NCBI GenBank assembly: GCA_038885755.1
Contig: JAVZZH010000001.1
Span: forward strand, 387,155 to 451,154
Direction: 5' to 3'
DNA from: Candidatus Caldarchaeum sp.
Lineage (GTDB): Archaea > Thermoproteota > Nitrososphaeria_A > Caldarchaeales > Caldarchaeaceae
Length of the DNA: 64,000 bases
Of this stretch, positions 41,785-51,769 are shown one piece after another. The position numbers and the translations under genes were made by a program. Under the pieces are notes generated by a model. The model saw nothing but the letters and a program-made list of their open reading frames with translations, was not told the origin of the DNA and searched no databases. Position 1 is the stretch's first letter, and each line of letters opens with the position of its first letter.

Positions 41785-42756
41785 TCATGGTTTGAAGATT
41801 CGCTTGAATACACGGAGCATGTCGAAGGCTGTGGGTTTAATCTTCTCCGAAATCTCTGAAAGACGGTTTATCTCTTCCTCGGACAGCGCGACATTTCCCG
41901 CCATAGCGTTCTCCAAAGCCTGTTGCTTGTTCTTAGCTCCCGCGATGGCCGTACATCCCTGATGTCCCGCAACCCATGCCAAGGCAGCCTGACCCATCGA
42001 AACACCATGCTTCACCGCAATCTTCTCCAGCTCCACGAACAACGTCTCCGCCCTCTTCAGGAAAGCCGACGTGTAGAGTATGTTTACTCGCCTAATATAG
42101 TCAAGGGGCCTATGTTGGCTGCTGTACTTTCCCGTGAGAAGACCCTGAGCAAGTGGGCTGTATGCGAGAATCGTTATCTTTTCACGCTGACAGTACGGCA
42201 GAAGGTCTTTTTCGACCTTCCTCTCGAGCAGGTTGTATTTCACCTGATTCGAGACCACGTCCTCTGTCCGTAGACATTCCCTCGCCCTTTTGAGAAGCTT
42301 GAGGGAGAAGTTGCTCACGCCTATGAAACGTATCTTACCCATTTTAACAAGGTCTTCCATCGCCTTCATCGTCTGCCTCAAAGGTATCAACGGGTTGGGA
42401 AAATGTATCTGGTAGAGGTCGATGGTTTTTAGTCCGAGCCTCCGAAGGCTTCTCTCGCATGCTTTGATAACTCCTTGGTAAGTCAGATGCGCGGGCGAGA
42501 CCTTCGACGCAACAAAAACCTCTCCATCGACTTCTTTCAAAGCCTTTCCAACTATTTCCTCCGAAAGGCCTCCGCCGTAGACTTCTGCGGTGTCTATGAG
42601 GTTAACTCCCGCCTCGACCGAGGCCTTCACTGCTTCTACGCAGTCCTCCATAGTATATGACTTCCCGTAACCCCATGAGTTTGAGCCGAACTGCCAAGTT
42701 CCAAGACATACTGAAGAGACCTTTGAGCCAGTCCGCCCGAGCTCGACAAACTTCAT
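41785..42756 (-). CDS. Aldo/keto reductase
   Basis: Motifs are LGTWQFG and IDTAEVYGGGLSEE, and the length matches AKR family patterns. Confidence 0.92.
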   Translation of the reverse strand: MKFVELGRTGSKVSSVCLGTWQFGSNSWGYGKSYTMEDCVEAVKASVEAGVNLIDTAEVYGGGLSEEIVGKALKEVDGEVFVASKVSPAHLTYQGVIKACERSLRRLGLKTIDLYQIHFPNPLIPLRQTMKAMEDLVKMGKIRFIGVSNFSLKLLKRARECLRTEDVVSNQVKYNLLERKVEKDLLPYCQREKITILAYSPLAQGLLTGKYSSQHRPLDYIRRVNILYTSAFLKRAETLFVELEKIAVKHGVSMGQAALAWVAGHQGCTAIAGAKNKQQALENAMAGNVALSEEEINRLSEISEKIKPTAFDMLRVFKRIFKP

Positions 42757-42790
42757 CGAGAGTAGAAATAGAACCTACATATTAAAACAT

Positions 42791-44584
42791 ATGGCTACAC
42801 AGTCGATGAGAATAGCTAGGGTCTTCCTCGACGACAAGACGGTTGAGGATCTTCGGTTTGAGGACAACCTCGAAGGGGGAGTTTGGGGAGGTCGTGTTCT
42901 TGGCGTTGGACTCGTAGCCCGCAACTCAGGCGTCAAAGACCCTCTCGACCCGGAAAGCCCTTTCGTCGTGTCGGTCGGCAGCTTGGCCGGCACCGGCTTC
43001 CTGCTCGGAAACAGGCTTACCATGGTTTTCAGGTCTCCTCTGAGCAGAACGATTGCTTGGGCTCACACAGGAGGGTACGCGGCCTACGAGCTGGCGAGTC
43101 TAGGATATTCAGCCATCTACATCACCGGCAGGTGTGAGACGCTTTCAACGCTCGTCGTTAGCGACGGGGGTATCTCGGTGGTTGAAGCACCAAGCCTTGC
43201 CGGCCTGGGAGCAGTAGAGACCTGTGCAGTCATCCGCGCGGGCGTTGGGGATGCTAGGGTTTTGTCCATAGGAGTGGCCGGCGAGAAATGGTCCCCGATA
43301 GCAACAATCATAAACGACATGGGTAGGTCCAGCGGGGTTAGGCATGGTGCTGGAGCGGTTCTCGGCTCTAAAAACCTCAAAGCCATAATCATCAAGTCCA
43401 AGAAACGCTCCCCTCCACCGCCTAGAAACCCGTCTAAGTTCGCCCAGCTCCTCCGAAGGCTCAAGAAAGCAGTTGACCAGTCTTCCATGCTCAACATGGA
43501 GAGAGGCCTGCTGGCTGTGCACGGAACACCCATCGCTGTTGAAGCGATTGGAGAGCACGAGGCCCTTCCCGTCAAAAACTATACGTTCACAACCGTTGAT
43601 GGATATGCGAGGGTCGGCGGTGTCTCGATGTCCTCATCCGTGCTAGTCTCACGGCTGACTTGTTCGATGTGCCCAGTTTCATGCAGGAGGGAGACGGTTG
43701 GCTACGGGGTTAGGGGCGAGGGCCCTGACTACGCTCAAATCTCGAGCCTTGGAACCAACTGTCTGGTGCTTGACCATGAGAAGATCGCCTACCTTACCCA
43801 GCTTTGCTACGATGCTGGAATCGACCCCATAGAGATGGGCAACGTTCTCGCTGTTTACGCCGACCTGAGCGAGAACGGGTACGCGGACCACCGGCTTTCA
43901 TGGGGTGATTTCAAAGAAATGGCCTCATTAATCGAGCTCGCCGCTAGGAGGGAGGGGCTGGGCGACGTTCTCGCCGGCGGAGCCTACCGTACAGCCAAGG
44001 CCTTCAACAACGAGTATGCGGCGCCCACGGTGAAGAACATCAGCATCCAGAACGCCGACCCGCGTGTCGAGCATGCGTGGGGGTTGATAAACGCCGTCGA
44101 ACCCTTCGGAGGAGGCGTGCACGTCTGGGTCTACCCTAGCCTTGTCAAAAGCTTCGAGAAGATCGGGCTGCAGAGCGTCTTCGCAGGGGCTGCCTCTAAC
44201 GAGGAGCTGGCTCTCCGGGTTTACAGGAAGCAAGCTGAAGTAGCTGCCTTGGACTCGCTTGGAGTCTGCGCATTCTCAAGGATCGCCTTCACACCTAAAG
44301 ACTACGTTGAAGGCCTGTCCGCTCTTTACGGCTGCGAGGTCGGGGAAGAGTTGTTTCACGAAACTGGAGTCCGTGCCCTAGCTTTGGAACGCTGCTTGAA
44401 CAGACTCTACGGGTTTGACGAGGCCTCAGACGTTCTTCCCAAGAAGTTTCTAGAGGAACCCGTCCCGAGTGGAAAACACGCCGGCGCCGTCTGCCCATTG
44501 GACGAACTCGTGAAGCCCTACCACAAACTTTTAAGCGGCACCAGCGTCTCGAGCTACTTGGCCTGCTTTCCAAAGCTAGATTGA
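42791..44584 (+). CDS. aor: Aldehyde:ferredoxin oxidoreductase family (tungstopterin enzyme)
   Basis: The N-terminal AFOR_N pattern (GGRVLGVGLVARN...TGGYAAYELASLGYSAIYITG) is followed by the C-terminal AFOR_C domain, about 600 aa in total. Confidence 0.92.
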   Translation: MATQSMRIARVFLDDKTVEDLRFEDNLEGGVWGGRVLGVGLVARNSGVKDPLDPESPFVVSVGSLAGTGFLLGNRLTMVFRSPLSRTIAWAHTGGYAAYELASLGYSAIYITGRCETLSTLVVSDGGISVVEAPSLAGLGAVETCAVIRAGVGDARVLSIGVAGEKWSPIATIINDMGRSSGVRHGAGAVLGSKNLKAIIIKSKKRSPPPPRNPSKFAQLLRRLKKAVDQSSMLNMERGLLAVHGTPIAVEAIGEHEALPVKNYTFTTVDGYARVGGVSMSSSVLVSRLTCSMCPVSCRRETVGYGVRGEGPDYAQISSLGTNCLVLDHEKIAYLTQLCYDAGIDPIEMGNVLAVYADLSENGYADHRLSWGDFKEMASLIELAARREGLGDVLAGGAYRTAKAFNNEYAAPTVKNISIQNADPRVEHAWGLINAVEPFGGGVHVWVYPSLVKSFEKIGLQSVFAGAASNEELALRVYRKQAEVAALDSLGVCAFSRIAFTPKDYVEGLSALYGCEVGEELFHETGVRALALERCLNRLYGFDEASDVLPKKFLEEPVPSGKHAGAVCPLDELVKPYHKLLSGTSVSSYLACFPKLD

Positions 44585-45019
44585 GCCCACGAAAAGGCTG
44601 AGCAAGCCAACGCCGAAGTCGAGAATGTCCCTCGAAGAAATAACCCCCAACGGCCTTCCCTCTGAATCCACGACAGGAATGTGCCGGATGTTGAAGTCCT
44701 TCATCTTCTCAACCACCGACGCAACCAAGTCGTCGGCTGAAGCCGTGACTACGTTCCTCGTCATCAAAGACTTCGCTTTCACATCCCTGCCCAGCATAAA
44801 GTGCGAGGCGGCGTAGAGGATGTCCCTCTCCGTTATAATGCCGACGAGCTTGCTATCACGGTCGACGATCAACACGCTTCCAACCCCCTTCTCCCACATC
44901 ACCCTCGCGACGTCGTCTATGCTGGCCTCCTCATCGACAGAGACCGGAGGCCTCGACATCAAGTCCCCAGCCTTAAGGGGAGAGTACTTCAGCGTGCGTT
45001 TGAACAAAGGCATAGCCAT
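44576..45019 (-). CDS. CBS-domain pair protein
   Basis: It has two CBS repeats (MWEKGVGSVLIVD..., MKDFNIRHIPVVD...). Confidence 0.88.
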   Translation of the reverse strand: MAMPLFKRTLKYSPLKAGDLMSRPPVSVDEEASIDDVARVMWEKGVGSVLIVDRDSKLVGIITERDILYAASHFMLGRDVKAKSLMTRNVVTASADDLVASVVEKMKDFNIRHIPVVDSEGRPLGVISSRDILDFGVGLLSLFVGSI

Positions 45020-45084
45020 TCAACGTCTAACCTATTAAAAACGATTTTCACCGCATGAACCGGGAAGCTTTACACGCCAAAGAT

Positions 45085-45093
45085 TTAAATTAT
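45085..45093 (+). promoter_or_regulatory. TATA-box candidate for tRNA-Glu
   Basis: TTTAAATTA is centred about 31 nt upstream of the tRNA 5' end. Confidence 0.45.
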
Positions 45094-45119
45094 CAAGCGG
45101 GCTGGAGAAGCTGAAGACA

Positions 45120-45194
45120 GCTCCGGTAGTACAGTCCGGTCAAGTATACCGGCCTTTCGAGCCGGCGACCCGGGTTCAAATCCCGGCCGGAGCA
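45120..45194 (+). tRNA. tRNA-Glu (anticodon UUC)
   Basis: The sequence is GCTCCGGTAGTACAGTCCGGTCAAGTATACCGGCCTTTCGAGCCGGCGACCCGGGTTCAAATCCCGGCCGGAGCA. It forms a perfect cloverleaf with anticodon loop CTTTCGA. Confidence 0.92.
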
Positions 45195-45196
45195 TC

Positions 45197-45885
45197 CACC
45201 AATCCATGAGGAATCCTCCCTCGACTGCCGCAGTAGCGCGGTTAACGCAGCTTGATAGGTCTGACGCAGGAAACAAAACCATACGGGCGACTTTGTCAGG
45301 CTCTCCAAGCCTGCGGAGCGTAATTCCTGAGAGGAACCGACAGCTGGTGAATGGTGTCTTCGTTCCCCAGCCTGACGGTCCCGGGTGTGCGTAGTCATGA
45401 CTGCGTTTACCCGGTATCCTTCCGGGTCTTGTTAACGGGCAAGCGAACGGGCTAGAGCTACGAGATGCTGGTGTGTCAAGCCTTTTACGAGATGGAGCAG
45501 CGACTCGACGGGGCATATGTTAGTCGCGGCGCCGCACTTATCCCCCCTCCTTCATAACATGCGGTTAAGCATGAGGTTGAATGACAGCGTTTTTTTCAAG
45601 GAATGGCTCGCCGAACAGTATGTGCCCATGTTGTTGACCAAAACGTCAGGCACGCCGTCGGAAACGCCTTCCCACAGCTCGTCAATTTCATGCCTACTAG
45701 ACAGGTCAACTACATCGTCCTAGCGTCTCTTGATCGTCTCCGCAACATCTCTCACACCTTTCTCGTTGACGTCGACGAGAACCATGTCAGCACCAGCCTC
45801 AGCAAGCCTAAAAGCAACCGCACCACCAAAGCTCAACCTGTAGCCAACGCCTCCTAACCCTTTAGAGACATATGGTCTGCTAAAG
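45197..45885 (-). pseudogene. Short-chain dehydrogenase/reductase (SDR, FabG-like) pseudogene with in-frame stop and several frameshifts
   Basis: SDR segments appear in different minus-strand frames. The N-terminal part is GG.GY..SFGGAVAFRLAEAGADMVLVDVNEKG...KRR*(TAG)DDVVDLSS..EIDELW...DVLVNNMG. The middle part is AGLESLTKS. The C-terminal part is RLGEPDKVARMVLFPASDLSSCVNRATAAVEGGF. No intact ORF spans the region. Confidence 0.6.
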
Positions 45886-45921
45886 GCTCATGGAATGATG
45901 TTTGAGGTTGTGTTGATAAGG

Positions 45922-46200
45922 TTATCTGCTTGGGTAGATTTTCACGAGGCTTCCCTGACCGAGCCCTGAGGGCCCTCCTTGGGAGATGGCTTCTTCGGAA
46001 AACCTTACCACTAGGTTGTCGGCTTCATAAACCCCGGTCACCACGCCCTCCCATAAGTCGCCTTTGAAGTCTTCGTAGATGACCTTGGAGCCCACGAGCT
46101 TCTGCAGAACTGTCGATTCGAGCGGCGAGGTTGGCGACACTATGCAGTCGTCGCCGTCGAAGGCCACTACTATGGCTGAAACCTCTTCCTCCTCGGACAA
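45922..46200 (-). CDS. Small hypothetical protein (92 aa), beta-rich
   Basis: It has an acidic N-terminus followed by a probable small beta-barrel (VGSKVIYEDFKGDLWEGVVTGVYEADNLVVRF). No family was recognised. Confidence 0.5.
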   Translation of the reverse strand: MSEEEEVSAIVVAFDGDDCIVSPTSPLESTVLQKLVGSKVIYEDFKGDLWEGVVTGVYEADNLVVRFSEEAISQGGPSGLGQGSLVKIYPSR

Positions 46201-46278
46201 CGTCGAAGAGGATTTTTCTCGGGATTTATTAATTGTTTTGACCCAACACTTATTAACTAAACATATAGAGTAAGAACG

Positions 46279-46686
46279 ATGTCCGGAGATGATGAGCTGG
46301 AGCGGATAAAGATGCGGAAGCTCGCTGAGATGCTTTCAAGCAGGCCGCCCGCGGCACAGCAACCCGTCTCCGAGCCCGTCGAGCTCACCGACCTCAGCTT
46401 CAACGACTTTATTTCGAAGCACGAGTTTGCGGTGGTTGATTTTTGGGCGGAGTGGTGCGCTCCATGCAGGGCTATAGCCCCCGTGGTGAAGGAGCTGGCG
46501 CGGCAGTATTCGGGCAGGGTTGTGTTTGGAAAACTCAACGTCGACGAAAACCCAAGAACTGCTGCCATGTTCGGCATAATGAGCATCCCCACGTTGATTT
46601 TCTTCAAGAAGGGTAAGCCCGTAGACATGGTTGTGGGCGCCGTGCCTAAGCGCATGCTCGAAACACGTATAGCTCAACATCTTTAA
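46279..46686 (+). CDS. trxA: Thioredoxin
   Basis: The active site is WAEWCAPCR, and FGIMSIPTLIFFKKGK fits the thioredoxin fold. Confidence 0.92.
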   Translation: MSGDDELERIKMRKLAEMLSSRPPAAQQPVSEPVELTDLSFNDFISKHEFAVVDFWAEWCAPCRAIAPVVKELARQYSGRVVFGKLNVDENPRTAAMFGIMSIPTLIFFKKGKPVDMVVGAVPKRMLETRIAQHL

Positions 46687-46729
46687 CCAGCTAAAAATAT
46701 AATACAATCTTCATCTTTCACGTTGCTGG

Positions 46730-47668
46730 ATGAACACGGTCCTTGAGAGAACACCGCTCGACGACCTCCTCACAGGCTTAAAATCGGATTTGGAGAAGAA
46801 CCTTCTGGACAAAATATCGGGTAGGTCTGACAGGTTTCTGATCGAGAAGGCTGTTTCGGGAGGCAAAAGGCTCAGGCCTATCCTTCTGCTCACGGTGTTC
46901 AAGGCTCTGGGAGGAAGGGAATACCAGAAAGCTCTAGACGTGGCTGTGGCGCTAGAGCTGGCTCACAGCGCCAGCCTCGTCCACGACGACATAATCGACT
47001 TGGACAAGAACCGCAGGGGTGGTAAAACTCTCTGGGCCCAGATAGGCATGGGCAAGGCTGTCCTTCAGGGCCACCGTATCATAAACTTTGCTTTCGAGAT
47101 AGTGCTGGACATAGGCGTTGAGATGGCTCGGATATTTCTTGACGCGTGGGAGAGGGCCTCGAAGGGTATTCTGGACGAAGTGCTGAACAGGTCTGTCCTC
47201 ACCGAGCGGCTTTACATGTTCATGATAAGGGAGAAGACTGCATCCCTGTTCGAAGCCGCAGCACACGCCGGAGCTTTTCTAGCGGGCGCCAGCCCCGAAC
47301 AGGTCGAGCTGATGAGAAGTTACGGACTAGAGGTTGGGACGGTCTACCAGCTCGCCGACGACCTCGAGGAACTATACGTCAAAAAGAGAATGGGCAGAGC
47401 CCTGTACGTCGTTCAGGAGATGAGGGATAGGTTTCTCCATCTGGTTCTCGCCTCCAAGACTGGAAACACCAAGGGAATATTTAGAGCGGTAGCTCCCCTT
47501 AACCCCGGAGAGGAGTTTATGAAGAAACAGATGGTTGAAAAGCTAAAGTCTTCCATCAACCTAGCGTCAAGCCCCTTAATACCTGAAACTCCCTACAAAC
47601 AGCTTCTTCGGCATCTCCCCATGTATTTTGTGAGACAAATGTTCGGCGAAGCCCATCGCCACGTTTAA
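46730..47668 (+). CDS. Polyprenyl (geranylgeranyl) diphosphate synthase
   Basis: The first Asp-rich motif is LVHDDIIDLD, the second is QLADDLEE, and GKRLRP lies upstream. Confidence 0.9.
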   Translation: MNTVLERTPLDDLLTGLKSDLEKNLLDKISGRSDRFLIEKAVSGGKRLRPILLLTVFKALGGREYQKALDVAVALELAHSASLVHDDIIDLDKNRRGGKTLWAQIGMGKAVLQGHRIINFAFEIVLDIGVEMARIFLDAWERASKGILDEVLNRSVLTERLYMFMIREKTASLFEAAAHAGAFLAGASPEQVELMRSYGLEVGTVYQLADDLEELYVKKRMGRALYVVQEMRDRFLHLVLASKTGNTKGIFRAVAPLNPGEEFMKKQMVEKLKSSINLASSPLIPETPYKQLLRHLPMYFVRQMFGEAHRHV

Positions 47669-47696
47669 ACGATGGCTTTCGAAGGGTTAGTCGTCT

Positions 47697-49277
47697 TTGG
47701 ACGTCTTGGCTTACGTCGCAACATCATCGGCGGCTGTGGCCGCGTCTTGGGCACGGATGGGCATAGCCCTCGCCTTCTCAGTCCTGTTCTCGTTCCTAGT
47801 AGGAACCCTGGCGGGAACCAACAAGTTTTTTGAAAGAATAGCCATACCCGTGCTGGACGTGCTCCAGTCAATCCCCATCCTGGGCTTCTTCCCAGTAGCC
47901 ATAACGCTGTTCTACACCATCTTCCCGGTGATAGGGGCTGAGATGGCTGCAATCTTCCTAATCTTCACGAGCCAGGTCTGGAACATCACTTTCGCAGTAT
48001 ACGAAGGAACAAGGCTGATCAAGTCAGAGCTTCTCGACACGGCTAGGTTTCTCGGAATCAGCTGGTTCGAGAAGTTTAGGTATCTTTATGTTCCAGCAAC
48101 TCTTCCACGCGTGCTGTACAACCTCCAGCCTTCCTGGGCTAACGGAATTTTCTTCCTCGTCGGGAGCGAGATACTTACTTTCGGCGAGACTGAGATGGAG
48201 TTGTTCGGACTAGGAACGGTTGTATCAAGATACACGGTTGAAGGCGACACAGTAGGTGTTTTGACAACCCTATTCATGCTTGTTTTGGCGACTTTGATAA
48301 CGACGCTCCTCGTCTTCCTCCCCCTGACGCAGCTCACAGAGCCTAGGAGAAAACCACGTAAAGAGATGCAACGATACGTAAACTTTGTAAGGCGGGTTTT
48401 AGGGCCTGCGTTCAGAACCGTCTACCAACCGTCTCATCTCATCTTCTTCGAGTACAACAAGGCCATAGGGCAGCTTACGAGACGCGTCTCCCTGTCCACG
48501 TCCCTGGCAAGAGGCGTCCTCTTCTTCCTCCTAGGCGGTCTGCTGATAGCTCTTCTCATATCTCGAGGAGAGGAGCTGCTTGCCAGGTTTTCTTTCCTAG
48601 CGCGGGAAGTCAGCGAAGTCGGGCTGGAGACCCTTGCCGTCTCCTCGCTCTACTCGCTCGGACGCGTAGCAGCCGCCGTGTCTTTCTCAGTGGCTTGGAG
48701 CCTCCCAGCAGCTATCTTCATAGCTAGAAGGGAGAGGCTTTCAGCCACAGCGACAACCTTCATTCAGATACTTGCCTCGATACCGGTCACGGTTGTTTAC
48801 CCCGTCTTCGCCAGCCAGCTGGCCGGCCAGCCTGAGCTGAGAGCTTTCCTGATGACTATAGCAGCCACGCAGTACTATGTTTTCTTTCAAGTCTACGCAG
48901 GAGTCAAGAACATTCCTAAGAATGAGCTTGAGTTGACGGAGCTTCTGGGTCTTAAGACGCTGGACAGGATTAGGAATGTTTACATACCTAGGGCGCTTCC
49001 GCCCCTAGTCACAGGATGCATCACAGCTGCCGGCGGTGCTTGGAACAGCCTAGTGGTTTCGGAGAGGCTTGTGCTCGGCGACGTTGTCGCTGAGACGGAT
49101 TTGCCCGGTCTGGGCAAGCTCTTGTCGCTGATGACGTATGAGGGGAATTTGGTGGGCAGCGTCGTCGTCATAACTGTAATGTCCAGCCTGATAGTCTTGA
49201 TGAACAGGCTTTTCTGGAAGAGGCTCTACGATGTTGTTATCTCACGTCTTAAAATTCAAGAAGAAGTTGAGAAGTAG
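47697..49277 (+). CDS. ABC transporter permease, duplicated NitT/TauT-type (two fused permease modules)
   Basis: This 526-aa protein has two sets of about six TM helices. Each has a BPD-transport-like loop (e.g. [35 protein letters not shown] and [26 protein letters not shown]). Confidence 0.88.
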   Translation: MDVLAYVATSSAAVAASWARMGIALAFSVLFSFLVGTLAGTNKFFERIAIPVLDVLQSIPILGFFPVAITLFYTIFPVIGAEMAAIFLIFTSQVWNITFAVYEGTRLIKSELLDTARFLGISWFEKFRYLYVPATLPRVLYNLQPSWANGIFFLVGSEILTFGETEMELFGLGTVVSRYTVEGDTVGVLTTLFMLVLATLITTLLVFLPLTQLTEPRRKPRKEMQRYVNFVRRVLGPAFRTVYQPSHLIFFEYNKAIGQLTRRVSLSTSLARGVLFFLLGGLLIALLISRGEELLARFSFLAREVSEVGLETLAVSSLYSLGRVAAAVSFSVAWSLPAAIFIARRERLSATATTFIQILASIPVTVVYPVFASQLAGQPELRAFLMTIAATQYYVFFQVYAGVKNIPKNELELTELLGLKTLDRIRNVYIPRALPPLVTGCITAAGGAWNSLVVSERLVLGDVVAETDLPGLGKLLSLMTYEGNLVGSVVVITVMSSLIVLMNRLFWKRLYDVVISRLKIQEEVEK

Positions 49278-49300
49278 CGGAACGAAGGCGGTGGAGGATT

Positions 49301-50062
49301 GTGAGCGAGCCAATACTCAGCGTTGTAGACGTCTCGCACAGTTTTTACACTAGGAAAGGCATGAACATAGATGTTTTAAAGAACATGAACATCAACCTCT
49401 ACTACGGCGAGTTCCTGAGTATAGTCGGGCAGAGCGGCTCAGGCAAGACTACGCTTCTCAAGATTATGGCTGGTCTACTAAAACCAACCTCGGGAAAAGT
49501 TTTGTACAAGTCGAAGCCGCTGACCGGCCCGACGCCTGCCATATCCCTCGTCTTCCAGGAACCGGCCCTTTTTCCATGGCTGACGGTTCTCGAAAACGTT
49601 GTCCTAGCCCTCAAACGGTTTAAGGAGCTCTCGAAACAGGAGGCTGTTGATAGAGCGAGGTCCTATCTCGACATGGTTGGTTTGTCGGGTTTTGAGTATG
49701 TTTACCCGGGCGAGCTGAGCGGCGGGATGAAGCAGAGGGTCGTTCTTGCGAGGGCTTTAGTCACTAACCCGGACGTTTTGTTGATGGATGAGCCGTTCAG
49801 CAACGTCGACCCTCTCACGGCCGTGTCGCTGCGGCGTGAGATCGACATGCTGCGCGCGCATGAAACCCTTCCCCCCTCCTCTGTTCTTCTAGTGTCCCAC
49901 AACGTCGAGGAGATCGTTGAGCTGAGCGACAGGGTCGTAGTGCTCAGCGGCAGGCCCGCCGAAGTCAAGGGGGAGATAAAGATTTTAATGGAGAAGCCAC
50001 GGGACAGGAGAAGTCCCCTGTTTTACGAATACGTCGACCAGATCTTCACGCTGATGAGTTAA
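49301..50062 (+). CDS. ABC transporter ATP-binding protein (NitT/TauT family)
   Basis: Motifs are [24 protein letters not shown] and [11 protein letters not shown]. Confidence 0.92.
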   Translation: MSEPILSVVDVSHSFYTRKGMNIDVLKNMNINLYYGEFLSIVGQSGSGKTTLLKIMAGLLKPTSGKVLYKSKPLTGPTPAISLVFQEPALFPWLTVLENVVLALKRFKELSKQEAVDRARSYLDMVGLSGFEYVYPGELSGGMKQRVVLARALVTNPDVLLMDEPFSNVDPLTAVSLRREIDMLRAHETLPPSSVLLVSHNVEEIVELSDRVVVLSGRPAEVKGEIKILMEKPRDRRSPLFYEYVDQIFTLMS

Positions 50063-50565
50063 ACGGTCTTACGGGCTCTTAGCTTGAAAAGCCCTGAATT
50101 TCCGTCGTAGCTCAGCAGCTCCGTGTAGATCATCCAGTCCATAAGTAGTTCACGCAGTTTCTCCGTGTCCTCCGTGTATTGGACGAGGTTGGGGTCGCTG
50201 GACAGGCGGTTCACCAAGTCGTCTATGCTGAAGCCCCCTGGCATATCTCTAGCCAAATTCAACGCTGTTGAGAAAGGCTCTAGGTGTGGGACTTGCTCCT
50301 TCAAAATCCTCTTCTTCCCTTTCGACAGGCTTTTGCTTACTTTAATCCCCAGCTGGGTGGCAACGCCCTCGCCGTCGTGGATCTCGAGCACGCCCAGCAT
50401 CTCCGCCGCCGTCGAGGCGGGGAGTATCTCGTCAACCTCCATCTGGAGCTCTCGGGCTATGAAAGCTAGGTCAGCCCTCCCTCCATAGGCGACGACGAGC
50501 TCGAGAAGGCCTAGGACGGTTCCTAGCCGGGCGTCGAGGGGGAAGTTTTTCGGCTGTTGCCCCAT
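50059..50565 (-). CDS. Stand-alone AAA-associated C-terminal domain protein (PF09821-like)
   Basis: The sequence [56 protein letters not shown] matches the domain that I recall being fused to NitT/TauT ATPases. Confidence 0.7.
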   Translation of the reverse strand: MGQQPKNFPLDARLGTVLGLLELVVAYGGRADLAFIARELQMEVDEILPASTAAEMLGVLEIHDGEGVATQLGIKVSKSLSKGKKRILKEQVPHLEPFSTALNLARDMPGGFSIDDLVNRLSSDPNLVQYTEDTEKLRELLMDWMIYTELLSYDGNSGLFKLRARKTV

Positions 50566-50602
50566 ACGTTTGAGTGGTTGGGTTCGTCCTAAATTAACGC
50601 TT

Positions 50603-51769
50603 CTACGAAAGGTTTAATAAAAGCCTCTCCACGGCTTCGGCTGCACGCCTAGCTCCGCCCAACTCCCACACCCTTCTCCGCAGAGTTTCCGCGGCACGGC
50701 CCATCCGGTCGTTCGAAAGAACATCTGAGACGATGGACTCGAAAGCCGAAGCGTCCAGCCTATCCTGCTCCAAAACCTCGGCGAAACCAAGCCCCTTCGC
50801 CTTCAAAGCATTGGCGGTCTGTTCACCGTGTTGAGGCGTGGGGATCAGCAGCATCTTCTTACCGTAAGCCATGCATTTCGTGATGAGCGTCAACCCGCTC
50901 CTCCCCACCACCATGTCCGAGGCCATCATCAAGCTGTCGAGGTCGTCAACCCAGCTAGAAACATGGACAGGCCCCACTCTGAAAGATTCGCCAACACCGG
51001 GTTGAGCCGTTGAGAGGACGTAGCTGAACCTGCCGCTCAGTCTAGGAGCTATCTCCAAGAACTTTTCGACAAGCCTTCTCTTCTCCTCCAACCCGCCGCT
51101 AACATTTATCAGGACAAGAGGTTTCTCAGAGCCGCCGTATGTCCTCTTCAAACGCATCGTCTCCTGCTCTGAGGACGTCGGCTGGTCGACCAGCGGGCCC
51201 ACGTATAAAACTCTGTCAACGACTTTTTGAGGGAGGTTGAGAGTTGCTTCGGAAATGGTGTCGGGCGGCGGTAGGTCGGGCACGATTATCAAGTCCGACG
51301 AGTCCCAGACGAGCTGAGCCGCTTGGAGGGCTGGCTCGATAAGCCTCGCAGCCCTTCTGTGCCTCCGGGTCTCCAGAAGAAGGTTGTACTGGTTGAGTAT
51401 TGTGGCTACAGGCTTGTTCATCAACTTGGCGGCCGCCACGGCGGAGGCTCTAGTGTCTGAGACTACGCAGTCGGCTCCCGTCTCGGAGATGTTCACGACT
51501 TCTGCGCCAACCTGTGTCAGGAAACGTGCTGGAAGGGTGATGTTTTCCATAATCGTCTTCTTCACGCTGACTACGCCGTCCTCTCCCACTCCATACCGGA
51601 CTCCGGGAACTCTCGAGGGCGAGAACCCCATCCGCTCCAAGTAGGAGACGGCCTGCCCGTAAGCCGAGAACGAGACCACGTGCCCCCTTCTCATCAACTC
51701 CCTCGCCACGACCAAGCTCCTAGACGCATGCCCTAGCCCGATGCCGCAGACGGCTACATGTATGAACAT
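50603..51769 (-). CDS. Glycosyltransferase (GT1/GT28, MurG-like fold)
   Basis: It has the N-terminal GIGLGHASRS motif and a C-terminal sugar-nucleotide binding region (GRSGLTLITKCMAYGKKMLLIPTPQHGEQTANA). Confidence 0.85.
   Translation of the reverse strand: MFIHVAVCGIGLGHASRSLVVARELMRRGHVVSFSAYGQAVSYLERMGFSPSRVPGVRYGVGEDGVVSVKKTIMENITLPARFLTQVGAEVVNISETGADCVVSDTRASAVAAAKLMNKPVATILNQYNLLLETRRHRRAARLIEPALQAAQLVWDSSDLIIVPDLPPPDTISEATLNLPQKVVDRVLYVGPLVDQPTSSEQETMRLKRTYGGSEKPLVLINVSGGLEEKRRLVEKFLEIAPRLSGRFSYVLSTAQPGVGESFRVGPVHVSSWVDDLDSLMMASDMVVGRSGLTLITKCMAYGKKMLLIPTPQHGEQTANALKAKGLGFAEVLEQDRLDASAFESIVSDVLSNDRMGRAAETLRRRVWELGGARRAAEAVERLLLNLS

Noticed and set aside
45085-45516. 143-aa and 101-aa minus-strand ORFs
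   Set aside because: They read through tRNA-Glu in antisense. Their only meaningful parts are fragments of the SDR pseudogene.
45195-45520. RNase P RNA-like motifs on the plus strand after tRNA-Glu (GAGGAAUCC, GGUUAACGC, GCAGGAAACAAAACC, GGUGAAUGGUG, ACGAGAUGGAG)
   Set aside because: There is no room for P1-P3 after the tRNA, and the putative P4 strands do not pair. A much better RNase P RNA lies at 41246-41540. The minus-strand translation of this region gives clear SDR C-terminal and mid-domain motifs, so it is a protein pseudogene.
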